The translations under genes were made by a program, and so were the position numbers. This document shows, in pieces, positions 50,900 to 62,854 of a stretch of 64,000 nt of DNA; positions within the stretch are counted from its first letter, which is position 1, and each line of letters opens with the position of its first letter. This DNA comes from Fimbriosthenelais zetlandica (lineage: Eukaryota), in NCBI GenBank assembly GCA_977030845.1, contig OZ365112.1, positions 27,156,001-27,220,000 on the forward strand, read 5' to 3'. The notes beneath the pieces were generated by a model. The model had not been told where the DNA came from. It saw only the letters and a list, made by a program, of their open reading frames with translations, and did no database searches.

Positions 50900-51191
50900 C
50901 AGGATGGAGAGTCTTCAGCTTGAACGTATGAAGTCCTGGGTTCAAAATTTCTGCCTATGGGTCTTCCTAAATTCCTCCCAGAACTCCACCCAGTTCTACT
51001 AACTGGAGTATCAAAGGCCAGTCATGTCAACCACTATCTATGGTTTGACGCATGTAAAACGACAGCCATGTCGCCCACTGTCTATGGTGAAAATGTTTAT
51101 ACAAGAATCATGCTTCCAATCGAGGATGGCAGCCCATTATGTTCCAACAGCTTAAACTTTTCCCCTTCGTCCTAAGATAACTGAAAAAATT
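50900..51191 (+). mobile_element. SINE, near full length, core unit x2
   Basis: Head CTTGAACGTATGAAGTCCTGGGTTCAAA; CTCCACCCAGTTCTACTAACTGGAGTATCAAAGGCCAG; two core units (~51013, ~51057); tail. Confidence 0.85.
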
Positions 51192-51794
51192 CAGTATCAG
51201 CTGAAAATTATCAAAAAAACATTGAAAAAACTTATTCACTCACTCAGTACAACAAAAAACTTCTTTGGGTGATAAATAACCCAAGACAATCTCCAGATCT
51301 TTGAACTGCATCGACAGCCTAATGTGAATTGCTGATTGACTGGGGTTTAGGCTGGGTATCTCTAGTTTCCTCTCACTTGGATCTGCTGACCCAGGGGATG
51401 GAAGCAGCAGCTGAGACGCTCCCATGTCTCTCCATCATAGTCGTTTCCATGGTTGCCATCTCCTCGTTGTACTCACTTTACGAGTACAGCTACTCAGTGT
51501 GCTTAAGCCGCGTCCTGATTAAATAAACGTTACCGGCTTAAGTAATCAGCGTCTACTTGTAGGACGTAATGTTGTCACTGCATGCAGTGGGTGCCACTTT
51601 CTATATATGGCAATGCAATATATGACACTCTACTATGCTATCAGGGAGTTTGTAGCCTCCAATTGCTATATATATGCAAATATGACAGTATATATGGAAA
51701 CCTTGATATTATGATCATCCGGAGGTCTGGTCGCATTAGAGAGAAAATCAAAGACAGAAAATTTGACTGAAAAGAAGCCTTTATATAATTAGCA

Positions 51795-51882
51795 GGGTGG
51801 TCGCCCTCACCCTCGAGCTAGAGATAGAACTTGAAGGGACGGTCTTATTAAAGAAGTGGTCGTTAAACGAGGTTTTCCTGTA
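51795..51882. mobile_element. MITE right-end fragment
   Basis: GGTGGTCGC..GGTCTTATTAAAGAAGTGGTCGTTAAACGAGGTTTTCCTG-TA. Confidence 0.55.
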
Positions 51883-52458
51883 TAATGTCTGTATAGCAGA
51901 AAGTGAATGTACATGCACATTACAAGAAAAAATGGCATTCCAGTTGCCCGATGGCATCGATTCCAATTGCAGCACCAATTCTTAGAAAAGACGAGTACAG
52001 CCTTTTCTCCCTCGAGGTTGTCGACCTCCCGAAGGGACCGAACTAAATACCCCTCCATCCCCCCTCCCCCTCATCCCACACCCCTCCCCCTGCCACCCTA
52101 AGTTCAAGCCAGAGAAGCAGTTGAGCATTGAAATTAGGCCCGTGAGGAAGCGGACTGCGATTCATTGCCTTGCTTGTGTATGGGCGGGGTGGTGAATAGT
52201 GAAAAGCTGTATACCCGGAGCTCTGTGGTAGGTTAGAGGCAGGCGAGGAGATGTATGGGTCTGTGGTACATCTCATGGCCTTTCAACACTATAAAGACCA
52301 CCTTAGGAGGCGAGGGAATGTCCAGTTTAGCTCTCCGTCCACTAAACCAGACTATACCGAATGGTCGAACTTGAATGTGGAAGATCCGACGTTCAATTCT
52401 CCACATTCTTCGGTTCATGTCATTGTCCTTATCAATTTAGTGTAAAAGGCATTTATTT

Positions 52459-52565
52459 GCAGCCGAGTCTGCCACTCTCTAATGTTGAGAGGCATGTAAG
52501 AGAATCATTGTTGCTGTTAGAGAAGAGACGCTGGTCTCTGTGTTACGGCAGCTTGTTTCCTCTGC
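52459..52565 (+). mobile_element. SINE 3' fragment
   Basis: GAGAGGCATGTAAGAGAATCATTGTTGCTGTTAGAGAAGAG..GGCAGCTTGTTTCCTC. Confidence 0.7.
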
Positions 52566-53153
52566 TAGTTAAATATTCACCCATTCAGTCACCCGGTGTC
52601 CTTCCGCTCCAATGCTTTAAATTTTTACGCTGAAAGAAACAGAAAGGTGTCTTTACTTCTCAGCATAATTCAAGTCTTGTTAAAAGGCAAATGGCTGCTT
52701 ATATTCATGAAGCAAGACCCTTAGAACAGTTGCTTATACAAGGTCTTTTTCACTCCAGCGCAGACAGGATTCAATTTCAAATTCTGTATGCGTCTTCGGC
52801 TGCTTTAAAAAACTTCAATTAGCCCTTCTGTAATATTTATCCCCCGCTCATAACCTGTTTATATAGCCTATGCTTCCGAGTATATGCTCCTGATAGAATA
52901 ACTATACAAAAGCAAGTCCATGCCTTAAGGTATTTCAATGCTGCCGCTGCCCAAAACAAATGTACATTTGGTGGGAATGGAACGCGAAGGTGGTTGCCCC
53001 TAAAAACAACAGAGAGGCAAATTTCATCTGAAATGGAAAAATTCTCAGGGCCTCTTTGCCCGCGTCATGCATTTTAATTTCCAGTTGTAATGCCGCTTTG
53101 TAAACATGAAAGATCCTCAAGGCAAGGTCTTCAAGCTCTCCCCCTCTACCTCG

Positions 53154-53167
53154 GTTGCCATGGAAAC
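53154..53167. promoter_or_regulatory. RFX X-box motif
   Basis: GTTGCCATGGAAAC, matching GTTNCCATGGNAAC exactly. Confidence 0.55.
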
Positions 53168-53924
53168 GCTTTTGGTTTTATTCTTGGGAAGCTGACAGGG
53201 GCCTTCGATTGGAATTACAGAAAGCGATGGGAGGGATCAATGGCTTTATTATGTCGCTGGGTGGGGAGAGGTGTTGGCTGCCAGCTCACGGCATATTCCA
53301 CCGCCTTCCATGCAAGTTCCACTGTTGATTCAGATGAAACCTCGCGAAGGTCGCTTCTAAAGTAGTATCCTTCCTCCTCCATCGACCTTATACCTTTAAT
53401 TCCCGTAGCATCGATCCTCGCAGAGAAAACACCGGGGCATTCCTTGGGAGGGAAATTCCACGCTTAAAGGTCATTTTAATTAATGAAATGAAGCAGAAAT
53501 CTCGATTTAAGCCACTTTTGTCACTCGCCTGGTCTTTTTTTCCCAGGGCACTGTGAGGGGGATGCAGCTAGCAATAAAGAGAAATGACATTGTGGAGGGA
53601 GGGGGGAGAAGAAATAAAAAAAAGGGAATAAAAATAAAATGAAATACCAGACACCATTTTTACTGGTGGCTGTTAGACTTGATTGCCATCTAACTTTAGC
53701 TTCTCACTCGATATTTATGGCCCCCATTTAGTGGCTCTGATCGAGACATGTTTTTCCATTTGGAAATGTATCATTCGTCATATTGTGTAACGAGGATTTA
53801 GCTTCAATGCTATTCATGCCCATGCTATTTTGGGGGGTATCTCATTTAGACATCATTACAATAAAAGTGATGCGCCTTCTTCCAGCTATGCTTTTTCCAT
53901 CCGGGAAATATGCTCCTGGTGGTG

Positions 53925-54075
53925 CATGGGGGGTCCCAGGTTCTGTTCCAAATTTACCATTGGCCTTCTCCACCTAATGCTGTTAAGTGGGATATCAAAG
54001 GCCAGCCATTTCTCCCACTGTCTGTGGTGGTGAGAGGCATGTGGGTAAAAGAACCATTGCTGCACGTTCAAGAGC
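53925..54075 (+). mobile_element. SINE copy
   Basis: GGTCCCAGGTTC..AAATTTACCATTGGCCTTCTCCACC..GGGATATCAAAGGCCAGCCATTTCTCCCACTGTCTGTGGTGGTGAGAGGCATG..AAAAGAACCATTGCTGC. Confidence 0.9.
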
Positions 54076-55204
54076 AACCATTACTGCTGTACAAGAAGAG
54101 CAACAATTGATAATGTTCGTGAAAAGCATTTTGCATCATTATCGTGTTTTCTGATTGTCCAGTTCGATATGAATTTGGTCCAGCCCAGAGATAACTAAAA
54201 CAAAATCAACTGCTTGCTAATCAGTTCCTATACTGGAAGACATTTTGTATGAGGTGCGTAGGGATGCTTGCCTTGGGAGGTCGGTTGGGGTTTGTCAGTC
54301 GACATAATAGAGAATCAATGAAGAGGTATCGGTTATATTGTCAGAGACAGTAAGAATCCCCCTGCTACCAAATACTGACATACTATCCACCCCCCGAGTC
54401 GGCACTACTTTCAGCCTAATTAAACCGCCGGAGCGCGGATGTGTACAAGGCAGGAAGTGCAGTGAAGAGGTCGAAAAAACAAGGCGATGGCGAGAGTGAG
54501 GGAAGGAAAGGGCAAGACAGCGTAGGAGTCAGTCGTGTGGGTTTCTAAGTTAAGGGAGGGGGTGGAAAGGGTGGATTAGATGTTCGGGGGAGGGAGGTTT
54601 GAATATACTTGCCAAATATAACCACAGTTATTGTCGGGGAAAGGGCAGCGGGGTCTCCTGTTCGCCCCGTCCTACCTTCTAATTAAAGGCTGGGAAATGG
54701 GCGGGTGTAAAAAGTGGACTTGTAGTGGAAGAGAAGGCCGTGATATAGCCCTATGTGGGAGCCTATCATTATACAGGCCTCCTCCTCGTGTCTTTCTGAC
54801 TGGGCAGCGCCAGCGTTTCCTGCACTTTAGCCACACAGCCTTGTAGGTGGACGATTAGAAGGGGAAAACTAGAGACGTCTCTTTGTTCCTAGCGCCATGT
54901 CTGGCCTCTTGTAATTAGCAATATTGAGTGCCACAAATACCACTGGCTTCAGCGTCTTAGAACTCCCCGGATCAATGGAAAATTAAATGGCTTTCACTGC
55001 AGAAACACATGGTAAAACTATGGAGGGGTGCGACACCTTCTTTAGTTCTTCCATAGTTCTTGTCTTGGTATTGTTCCTACCTAATTTCCATCCCTGCCTC
55101 AGTTTTTTTTTCGTTGAGCATCATCTGGATTAAGTTTGTCATTCATTTGCTGCTGCCAAGAATCTTACTTGAGTGTAATTAAATTACATATAGCACGCAA
55201 TAGA

Positions 55205-55510
55205 GTTTTTGACTTTAATGCAGAATGCTGGATTCAATTCCCCAAGCATTCTTTAAATTTGCCATTGTCCTTCTCCATCCAGTGCTGTTAACTGGGATAT
55301 CAAAGGCCAGCCATGTCTCCTACTGTTTATGGTGAGAGGCTTGTTACGAACGAACCTTGTCTGCCTTTCCTGAAGAAGCCATATGCTCGTGTGCACCGTC
55401 TGCAGTTAGTTGTGTGCCGACAGCTTGTTTGCAACTTGTTGAATTGAAATAGCTAATTGTTTTTCTCCTGAAATTGTTGACAAATAATTGCTGACTGAAC
55501 GTTATGTCAA
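55205..55510 (+). mobile_element. SINE, near full length
   Basis: GGATTCAATTCCCCAAGCATTCTTTAAATTTGCCATTGTCCTTCTCCATCCAGTGCTGTTAACTGGGATATCAAAGGCCAGCCATGTCTCC..; tail ATAATTGCTGACTGAACGTTA. Confidence 0.9.
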
Positions 55511-56136
55511 TAGCCTACTCGATCCTTAATTCAATAACGTAAAGTGTAAACACTTCTGCAATTGTCTTTCAAATGGGAAGACGAACTTGCATTTTATGCA
55601 AGTAAACATCCCATTGGTGCCAAAAGCAGTCATGAGCTAGCTGGTCCAGTGTATAGGAATGGGCGGTCTATGGTAAGCTGAAAGGCTGCCTACACAGCTC
55701 TGAAATGTGCCATCTCTGTCACCGAGGCCATTCAGTGTCCAGAGATATGGAAAAAGGTCATATTTATGTGCATATTCTCCTCACATACTCAGCTGGACTC
55801 TATGTGTGTGGACCCATTTGTATTCAACTCAGCCTGCCTTTATTCAAAATATATTCCAGTGGAGGAGCCATCCTTTCACTGAGTCCGCGAAAAAAACCCA
55901 CTGGATTCAATATTTCAGCCAAGGTTCACACTACTGTTTGATCTGTCCAAGAAGACACTTGCAGAGTCGACAGGGGCTTGAGGTGTAGAGAAAAGTCCCT
56001 TTAGGAGAGTGATTAAATTTCTTATCCTCTTAAATACAGGGGTCAAGACCTTCAAATTTCATCTCCGATTGGTTCCTTGGAGGTTTTTTTCTCCCAAAAA
56101 GTGAAACCTGGTTTCTGAAATGACCCTCCCGTGTCT

Positions 56137-56370
56137 GTTGCTAGGCAACCATTCAATACAGGAGTCAAAGGTATATCTATATAGCCTCCCTTCTCTTCTT
56201 TTTCAAACTCGTCTTCCACCCTGTCAACCTTCTGCATGACCAGGGAAGCTGTCAAAAATCCCTCCCAGGGGAGCTTTCTACCGACACCGAGGGGAGGCGC
56301 CACTGTCACCGCTACAGGCTCCGATCTGATTGGTCGATGAGGGAGGCACGTTAATGCGACCCCTGGGAGT
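56137..56370. promoter_or_regulatory. RFX + paired COE/EBF + CCAAT motif module
   Basis: GTTGCTAGGCAAC 56137-56149; TCCCAGGGGA 56263-56272; ATTGG 56329; ACCCCTGGGA 56359-56368. Confidence 0.4.
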
Positions 56371-57577
56371 GGGTGGGAGGACTAGGTGTTGGGGGGTGGG
56401 GAGTGGTCCGGAGGGGTAGCAAGTAGGGTGGTTGGCGGGTGTGGGGAGAAAAGGATGGACAAACACCCTCAACAGTAGAGTCCGGCAGCTCAAGGCCTCC
56501 ACTATCGATTGACTGTATGGTTTGAAACACTTTGAAGAGCGAGGAGCAGGCTGGACCGGGAAGAACTGGGGAATATTGAAGGGAATGAAAAAAGCAGAGC
56601 ATGTTGTAACCAGCATAAGACAACTTTAATCAAAAGCTCAAACGTTTTTAATCCTTTAAGAGAATTCTTGAAATTGAAAGCTACCCAATGTTGAGTGCAT
56701 TTCTGGAGGAAATAAATGAAGGGAGACATAAGGATGTTAGAGGGATGGATGGGATTGGATACTTTCAACTGGGATATGTTCATATAAGCAGCATCCATCA
56801 AAGGATTAAGAGTTGCCAATTTGTTTACTGGATATTTAAATTTAATGCTGATGCCTAGGTATTATGGAAATGAGGTACAGGCAAACCACGATCATTTCCA
56901 TTAGAGATAGTTTAGGAAACAAAGTCAAATTAAGACGTGATCATGAGCCGAAAATATCCCAGAAATCATTCCCTGGCCATCATCATTATATTTGGAGCAA
57001 TTAATCCGAAATGAACTTGACTTGTCGCCTCCTACCGGCAACAATTTGCGTCTAATTCCAGAGTAATTATGGACCTGCCAATGCATGGGTGGGCTGCTGG
57101 AGGGCTTTTATTGTACCTAAAAATCATGAAAAATAATCACATATGAATAATATCACCCCTGGATGTAGGTTTTTTCTTCACAGACCTGGACATTTTGTAA
57201 TAATTTTACAGGTAAAACCTTCTGTTGTTTCATGATTATAACCTAAAACAAACTGGGATTGGTGCGCATGAAACTTCATCAAAACTAAAATTATCGCCGA
57301 TAATTGGTGCAAAGATTGAAACGATTATGACCAGGCACCTTATAATGGCCGCTGTGGGGGTAATTAACACTGGCGTAGTGAGATTGCTTAAAAATGGCAG
57401 TCACTTCATGACATTATGGTGGCTTGATTATGGAAATGTTCAGGTGGGCCCTGTTATTCACCCAACTGAATATCACGCCACCCATGTACTGTGTCTTTGA
57501 TTTATGTGGAGTCTAACATAAAATTATTTTATAACCTTCAAAGGTTCAACTCCTGATTCTTGCATTTTATTAAAGTG

Positions 57578-57740
57578 CAGTAGACTAGCTTAACGACCAC
57601 CTCACTAAAGCGGCCATCTAACTATATAACCAGTACATGGTCAGAATCAAATGATTATCGCAACAAAGACATTCCCACTGAAGCCACCATCTCCCTATCC
57701 GACCTAACCAAATGTCCATCTCACTATATGACCACTAAAT
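57578..57740. mobile_element. MITE left fragment
   Basis: CAGTAGAC..TTAACGACCACCTCACTAAAGCGGCCATCT. Confidence 0.5.
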
Positions 57741-58089
57741 AATAAACCAATATTTTTAACACCACGATGACTCGTGAAAGCGACGATCCTGCTACACGAA
57801 CATGTATGCCCAGTGGTGGTGGCATTAATGAGTTGCCACTGTAATTAAACGGGCGACCAGTAGGGTATAGATATTTTATTCCCGTCTCTATAGAAGCTGG
57901 CAGGCCTTGGTTTATTTTTGTTGGCTGTAGTGGAGACGTGAGGTGTAAATACCATCTGCACATGGCATTTTCCCACTGGTGACAATCTTCTTTCCACCCC
58001 TCCCTCTTGGTTTTATCCTCAGCCTGAAGGCGCAAATGACTAAAGCAATCTATTCTTATTTAAGCCGATAAATCTCATCTGCCAACTTA

Positions 58090-58266
58090 AAGGAACCATA
58101 ACAACTAAACAATGTTTTATCAATGCAAACACAATGACTTAAAATTAAAATGAATTAGCCATGGTTGTTTGTTTTTTTTTACCATCAGAGAAAAATTGCA
58201 CGGTGGGAATCACTTTTGCAATTGTCATTTTTTTCTGATTTACTTTGAACGTATAGATATACAGCC

Positions 58267-58297
<31 letters not shown>

Positions 58298-58526
58298 ACC
58301 ACTCACATCGGAAAACCAACAAACAATAGATTTCGACTCAAATATTTAAGGAACCATAACAACTAAACAATGTTTTATCAATGCAAACACAATGACTTAA
58401 AATTAAAATGAATTAGCCATGGTTGTTTGTTTTTTTTACCATCAGAGAAAAATTGCACGGTGGGAATCACTTTTGCAATTGTCATTTTTTTCTGATTTAC
58501 TTTGAACGTATAGATATACAGCCCCC

Positions 58527-58557
<31 letters not shown>

Positions 58558-58607
58558 ACCACTCACATCGGAAAACCAACAAACAATAGATTTCGACTCA
58601 AATATTT
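58090..58607. repeat. Near-perfect ~258-bp direct tandem duplication
   Basis: 58090-58347 versus 58348-58607 appear identical except for the T-run (9 vs 8) and the C-run (19 vs 22). Confidence 0.95.
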
Positions 58608-59189
58608 GTTGGATATACTTGTTTTGAGTACAAAAAAGATAAGTTTGTGATTTCCAGATGGACTACAGACTAACCCAGATGTTCCATCCATGAGTGAGTT
58701 ATTTGAAGGCACGGTCCACTTCTCACACACTCAACAAGTTGACATCAGTCTAAAACACTGATCCAAAATCCAGATGTGTGCACTCAAGTCTTGGCCCATT
58801 CATTTTCTATTGCCATAACTTTCAAATCAATAAAAATAAGTAGGAAATCAGTGTAAATAAAATAAATAGAATAGTACTGTAACTATCCATTAAATGCTGA
58901 TCCATTCCCAGTTGGAGATACATGGTAGCAGTTTTAATTGGTGTTTTAATTAGAAATTAAATGAGTTTTCCGGTAGAAAAACAAATATAGCTCTCAGATG
59001 ACGAGCTCAATATTATGAGGCTCTCTCTCGCTCTCCCTCTCTCTCTCTAACTGACAGGTGCGGGCGTGGTGGAAGAAATGCCTCTCATCCATCACTGTCA
59101 TATTGCCTATAGCTAATCCAGAAATTGGCCGAGTGCAAGGTGGGGGTGGGTGGGTTGGATGGGCTTTTAAGCAGGGTTGCAGTTGAGGC

Positions 59190-59400
59190 TGGGGGAAAGG
59201 GGAGGAGGAGAAAGATTGAGAGGAAGAATGGAGAGGGAGAAGGATGGAGAGCATGAGGAAGGGAGAAAGATCGAGAGAGGACCAGAGAAATTGGGATAGA
59301 AAGGGGATGGGGATGAGATTTGAGAAGGGAAGAGAGCGAGTGTGAGGGAGTGAAGGACAGCACGGGAAAAAGCGAAAGGGAGAGAGGTCCTTTTTAACAG
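59190..59400. repeat. GA-rich tract
   Basis: Purine-rich simple sequence on +. Confidence 0.75.
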
Positions 59401-60344
59401 GAGAGCCAAAGATATTTATTCTGGAGAAGTTTCTCTAAGCAACTATACAGCTAGATTTACATTAAGAAATTATGCAATTACGTCCTTAAAGTAGTCCATT
59501 CAGTGGTGACTATAGCACTATAATTGAATGTTTAAATAACCTTCCCCTCTTTTCACTCTGCCCCTCTTATCCTTTAGTTTTGCATTAATGTCTCTGATAG
59601 GACGAGGCTGACATAAAGAAGTGAGAGACGGAGAGGAAATTGACTTTTAGTCATGATAGCGTCTTGAGAAAGTAAACTCCACAACTCTTGACGTCAGTGT
59701 CCATTGTATATTCGAAAGGTTAATGAATAAGAATTATAGATTTCCGTTTTTAGTTGGTTCACATTAAACCTCCTGAATAATATGCACATTGCAGATAACT
59801 GACGAAATTGAAACTGGCTAAAATACTATAAAAGTCGTGACATAACTGTCTAATTCTGAAAAGTATTGAAGTATGACATACAAATGGTAAATAATTGAGA
59901 TAAAGAGATTGAAAATATTAACAATTCTCTAAGAGGCCTATATTCTACTATTCTGCGAGGGATTATCCATCTGGATATGAAGATAAACCACCTTGCCAAG
60001 TCTCCAAATCCACGTCTTTATATCCTGTGGTTGTCACTGTGATATCGCCTCTAATCTCCACTATTTGTCTTGGGCTCTGAACCATTCATAATCCCCCCAT
60101 GCCATATTCTCCTCAACCCGGGGGATCATCGTTCAGATCCATTCTTAACCAGCCTTTAAGAGGCATTTTCTACACTGGTAAAGCTAGCTGGGTCTGTGTC
60201 CGTTAAGAAACAGGAACATTTAGGTAAAATCATTGTCCACCGTTTTCTGCTACTGTTACCATAATGTTGTTTAATAATGTTGCTATTCAAACAAAAATGA
60301 GTGACATGGTTGACATTCTACATGACTATGAACGTAGACAATGT

Positions 60345-60435
60345 CTGCTGCAATAGAAATCCTGTTCCTAAAAGACATGGGAGACATGGCTGGCCTTTTA
60401 TTTCCCAGTTAGCAGCACTGGGTGGACAAGGACAA
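60345..60435 (-). mobile_element. SINE fragment (minus)
   Basis: Reverse complement: CTTGTCCACCCAGTGCTGCTAACTGGGAAATAAAAGGCCAGCCATGTCTCCCATGTC. Confidence 0.85.
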
Positions 60436-61029
60436 GCTATCTAGTTGAGTGTCCAGTTGGCTACAGTACGGTGTGGTTTACTGTAGGAAACATGCAGTAA
60501 TTAGCACCCAGCGTCTGTCTCTAACCTCGCCGGATGAAGCCTGTTAAGGGGTGAGGGTCTAGGCGGTGTTTAACCTCACTAGCTCCTGTTTAAATGTCAC
60601 GGCTATTTACACCACGAACACTAGCTCTTATTGATTCAATTGCTAGATTAGGCTGCTTTCCACTTAATGCTTGGCTCAGGCTTGTGGGAAGTTGTCGGTC
60701 CCTTGCTGCTAAGAGATTTTGGACCTATGTATCCCACAACTTGGGTGATTTTTCATTTAAAAACTGAAAGGGGATCAGTTGGTCTGAGCATTACTTGTTC
60801 TAAGTGGTTAGCCAAGGTTGGCAGTTCAATCCCTGAGCTATCCGTGCATTTTTACAGCCACCCTCCTCAGGGTATTGGTGTGGCAAATGCACCAGAGAAA
60901 AGAAGATTGTATTCATGGCAGCGTAGGAATGGGTAGGGAAAGGGATGAACATTAGGATAAAAGACCTTTGTGTGAGGTGGCTTATGTTGTCTATAAAAAC
61001 ATTAACTCAAAAAGTTAGAATTAGTGGAT

Positions 61030-61210
61030 GGGTAGGGGTTGGGAGGAAGGGACTGGGGTAGATAGAAGAGTTGGGGAGTTGGAATGGAAGGATGCGGGCG
61101 AGGTGGACGGGAGAGAGAGGGGGTTGGGGATGGAGGGGTGGGGATGGAATAAGGGTGGGAGGGTGTATATAGAGACAGGGAGGGGGTAGGGGATGGACGG
61201 GCGGATGGGA
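61030..61210 (+). repeat. G/purine-rich low-complexity tract
   Basis: Multiple GGG(G) runs with GGA/GGT spacers. Confidence 0.7.
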
Positions 61211-61900
61211 TCATCCGGGATTAATCGTCCCAGGAATCCCTCAGCTGGTCAGAGCAGGAGATTAGAGCGGCTGACCAGTGGTCAGTAGAGAGATTGGGTG
61301 AGGGTAAATCCCCGCCCTGACCACTGGGATTTATACACTGACCACCGCTCATAGACTCCATCAATATTCTATATTCTATCATTATATTCCAATATGTTCC
61401 CTCCTCTATATTGAATAGCAATTTGGGACTCCCCTCTCCGGGCAATTGCCTATTTTCTGTTATTTTTTCAACAGTATATTTTGTGTCGGGGATATTAGTA
61501 ATATCCCGTTTGAAGTATAGTGTAGCCTCACTGATACTTTTATTGGAAACAAATGTCCTATAGCAATATGTTCGATTTACTGAGTATGTTTTGTGTTTAA
61601 AACTATTCTTTCGGCATGTCCACTTAGTACAACATGGCATTAAAGTTATCCATCCATCCATCCATCCATCTATTTTGTGGAAGATTAAATAATAAAATAG
61701 TCGCTTTTGTGAGATGGTAGTTACACGAGACCCCACTGTATCCTATTTACTCTGGCTCCACCAAATGATTCCTTGCCATTTCTTGACCTGGACATTTCCA
61801 TTACCTTCCCATACAATAAGTTATCAGGGGAGAAATATATCCTGATAGCTTGACCATTTGGAGACCCCTTCCCCTCGTCTCGCTATAGACTAGTCTAGAG

Positions 61901-62015
61901 GTTTCCATGGTAACAGATCTGTTGTGGAGGTAGTCGTGATGTTGGTCCTGCTAGCAGCTCTGTCTGGATGGAATCTGTCCATCGGGAGGTCTCCTAATCC
62001 AGTTACCTTGGTAAC
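61901..62015. promoter_or_regulatory. Paired RFX X-box motifs
   Basis: GTTTCCATGGTAAC 61901-61914 and GTTACCTTGGTAAC 62002-62015. Confidence 0.55.
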
Positions 62016-62179
62016 GAGGTATGGGGGCATGGCGTGCATGCGTCCTTACCAGGTCCTCAAAACCCGGGTCACTTAGCTGGTGGCGTGGTGATAATTATAA
62101 CTAAAGTCTAGGTGTGTGACTACCCCCTCTGGACCAGCCCCCCTTTCCCAAATAGAAAAAAAGAGCTCAAAAAACAAGG

Positions 62180-62425
62180 AGTGAATGCATGCAGTTCCCA
62201 GTTCAATTTCCCCAGATTTCTCAAAATTTGCCAGTGTCCTTCTCCACCTAGTGCTGCTAACTGGGATATCAATGGCCAGCCATATCTTCCATTATAAGGT
62301 GAGATACATATATAAAAGAACCATTGCAGCTACTTTAGAAGAGCAGACCATTGTCCCGACAGCACGTTTCCTTCTCCTGAAGCTGAAATATGTCTGACTG
62401 GTCGTTTCTGACAAATATGGATTCA
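62180..62425 (+). mobile_element. SINE, near full length
   Basis: GTTCAATTTCCCC..TCCTTCTCCACCTAGTGCTGCTAACTGGGATATCAATGGCCAGCCAT..AAAAGAACCATTGCAGC..GAAGAGCAGACCATTGTCCCGACAGCACGTTTCC. Confidence 0.9.
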
Positions 62426-62769
62426 GCTATACACATGACATTCAAGTCATGCGTACAGATAGCCCATAGACTAATGTTGTGCTTATCTTTTATTAAACAA
62501 CCCCCGGGGTCCCCGAGCATTGACAAGCTGCTCGCGATGTGCTCGGCATGAACGGGAACAGTGGGGTTTCCTTATCAGATGTACAGGTACAGGCTTACCT
62601 CACTTAACATCCACCTCACCAAAGTGACCACCGCTGTGGGTAGGGCATTATTTGAAGCTCGCATTTAAGCCATTAAAGAGCAACTCCAACGACCTAGATT
62701 TGATCCTCACTAACATGACCAACTCATTAATACGTCTCCAGCTGGTCATAATACCAAAGTTTACATTCA

Positions 62770-62854
62770 CACTAAAATGACCATATCCCTTAATAGACCA
62801 TCTTCAACTGTAGAGTGTCAATTATAGTGGTCGCAATAGTGAAGTCTCTCTGTA
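62770..62854. mobile_element. MITE fragment
   Basis: ACTAAAATGACCAT..AGTGGTCGCAATAGTGAAGTCTCTCTG-TA. Confidence 0.5.

Noticed and set aside
21650-53459. NF-kB sites (21650, 46245, 53450 and near matches) as an immune-gene signature
   Set aside because: A few GGGRNWYYCC matches are expected by chance in 128 kb; they are not clustered.
7065-57215. Recursive-splicing ratchet points ((Y)nCAG|GTA)
   Set aside because: About five weak examples on each strand; no strand enrichment and none with a full GTAAGT.
61221-61736. 171-aa minus ORF
   Set aside because: It crosses a MITE end and an (ATCC)n repeat; no motif.
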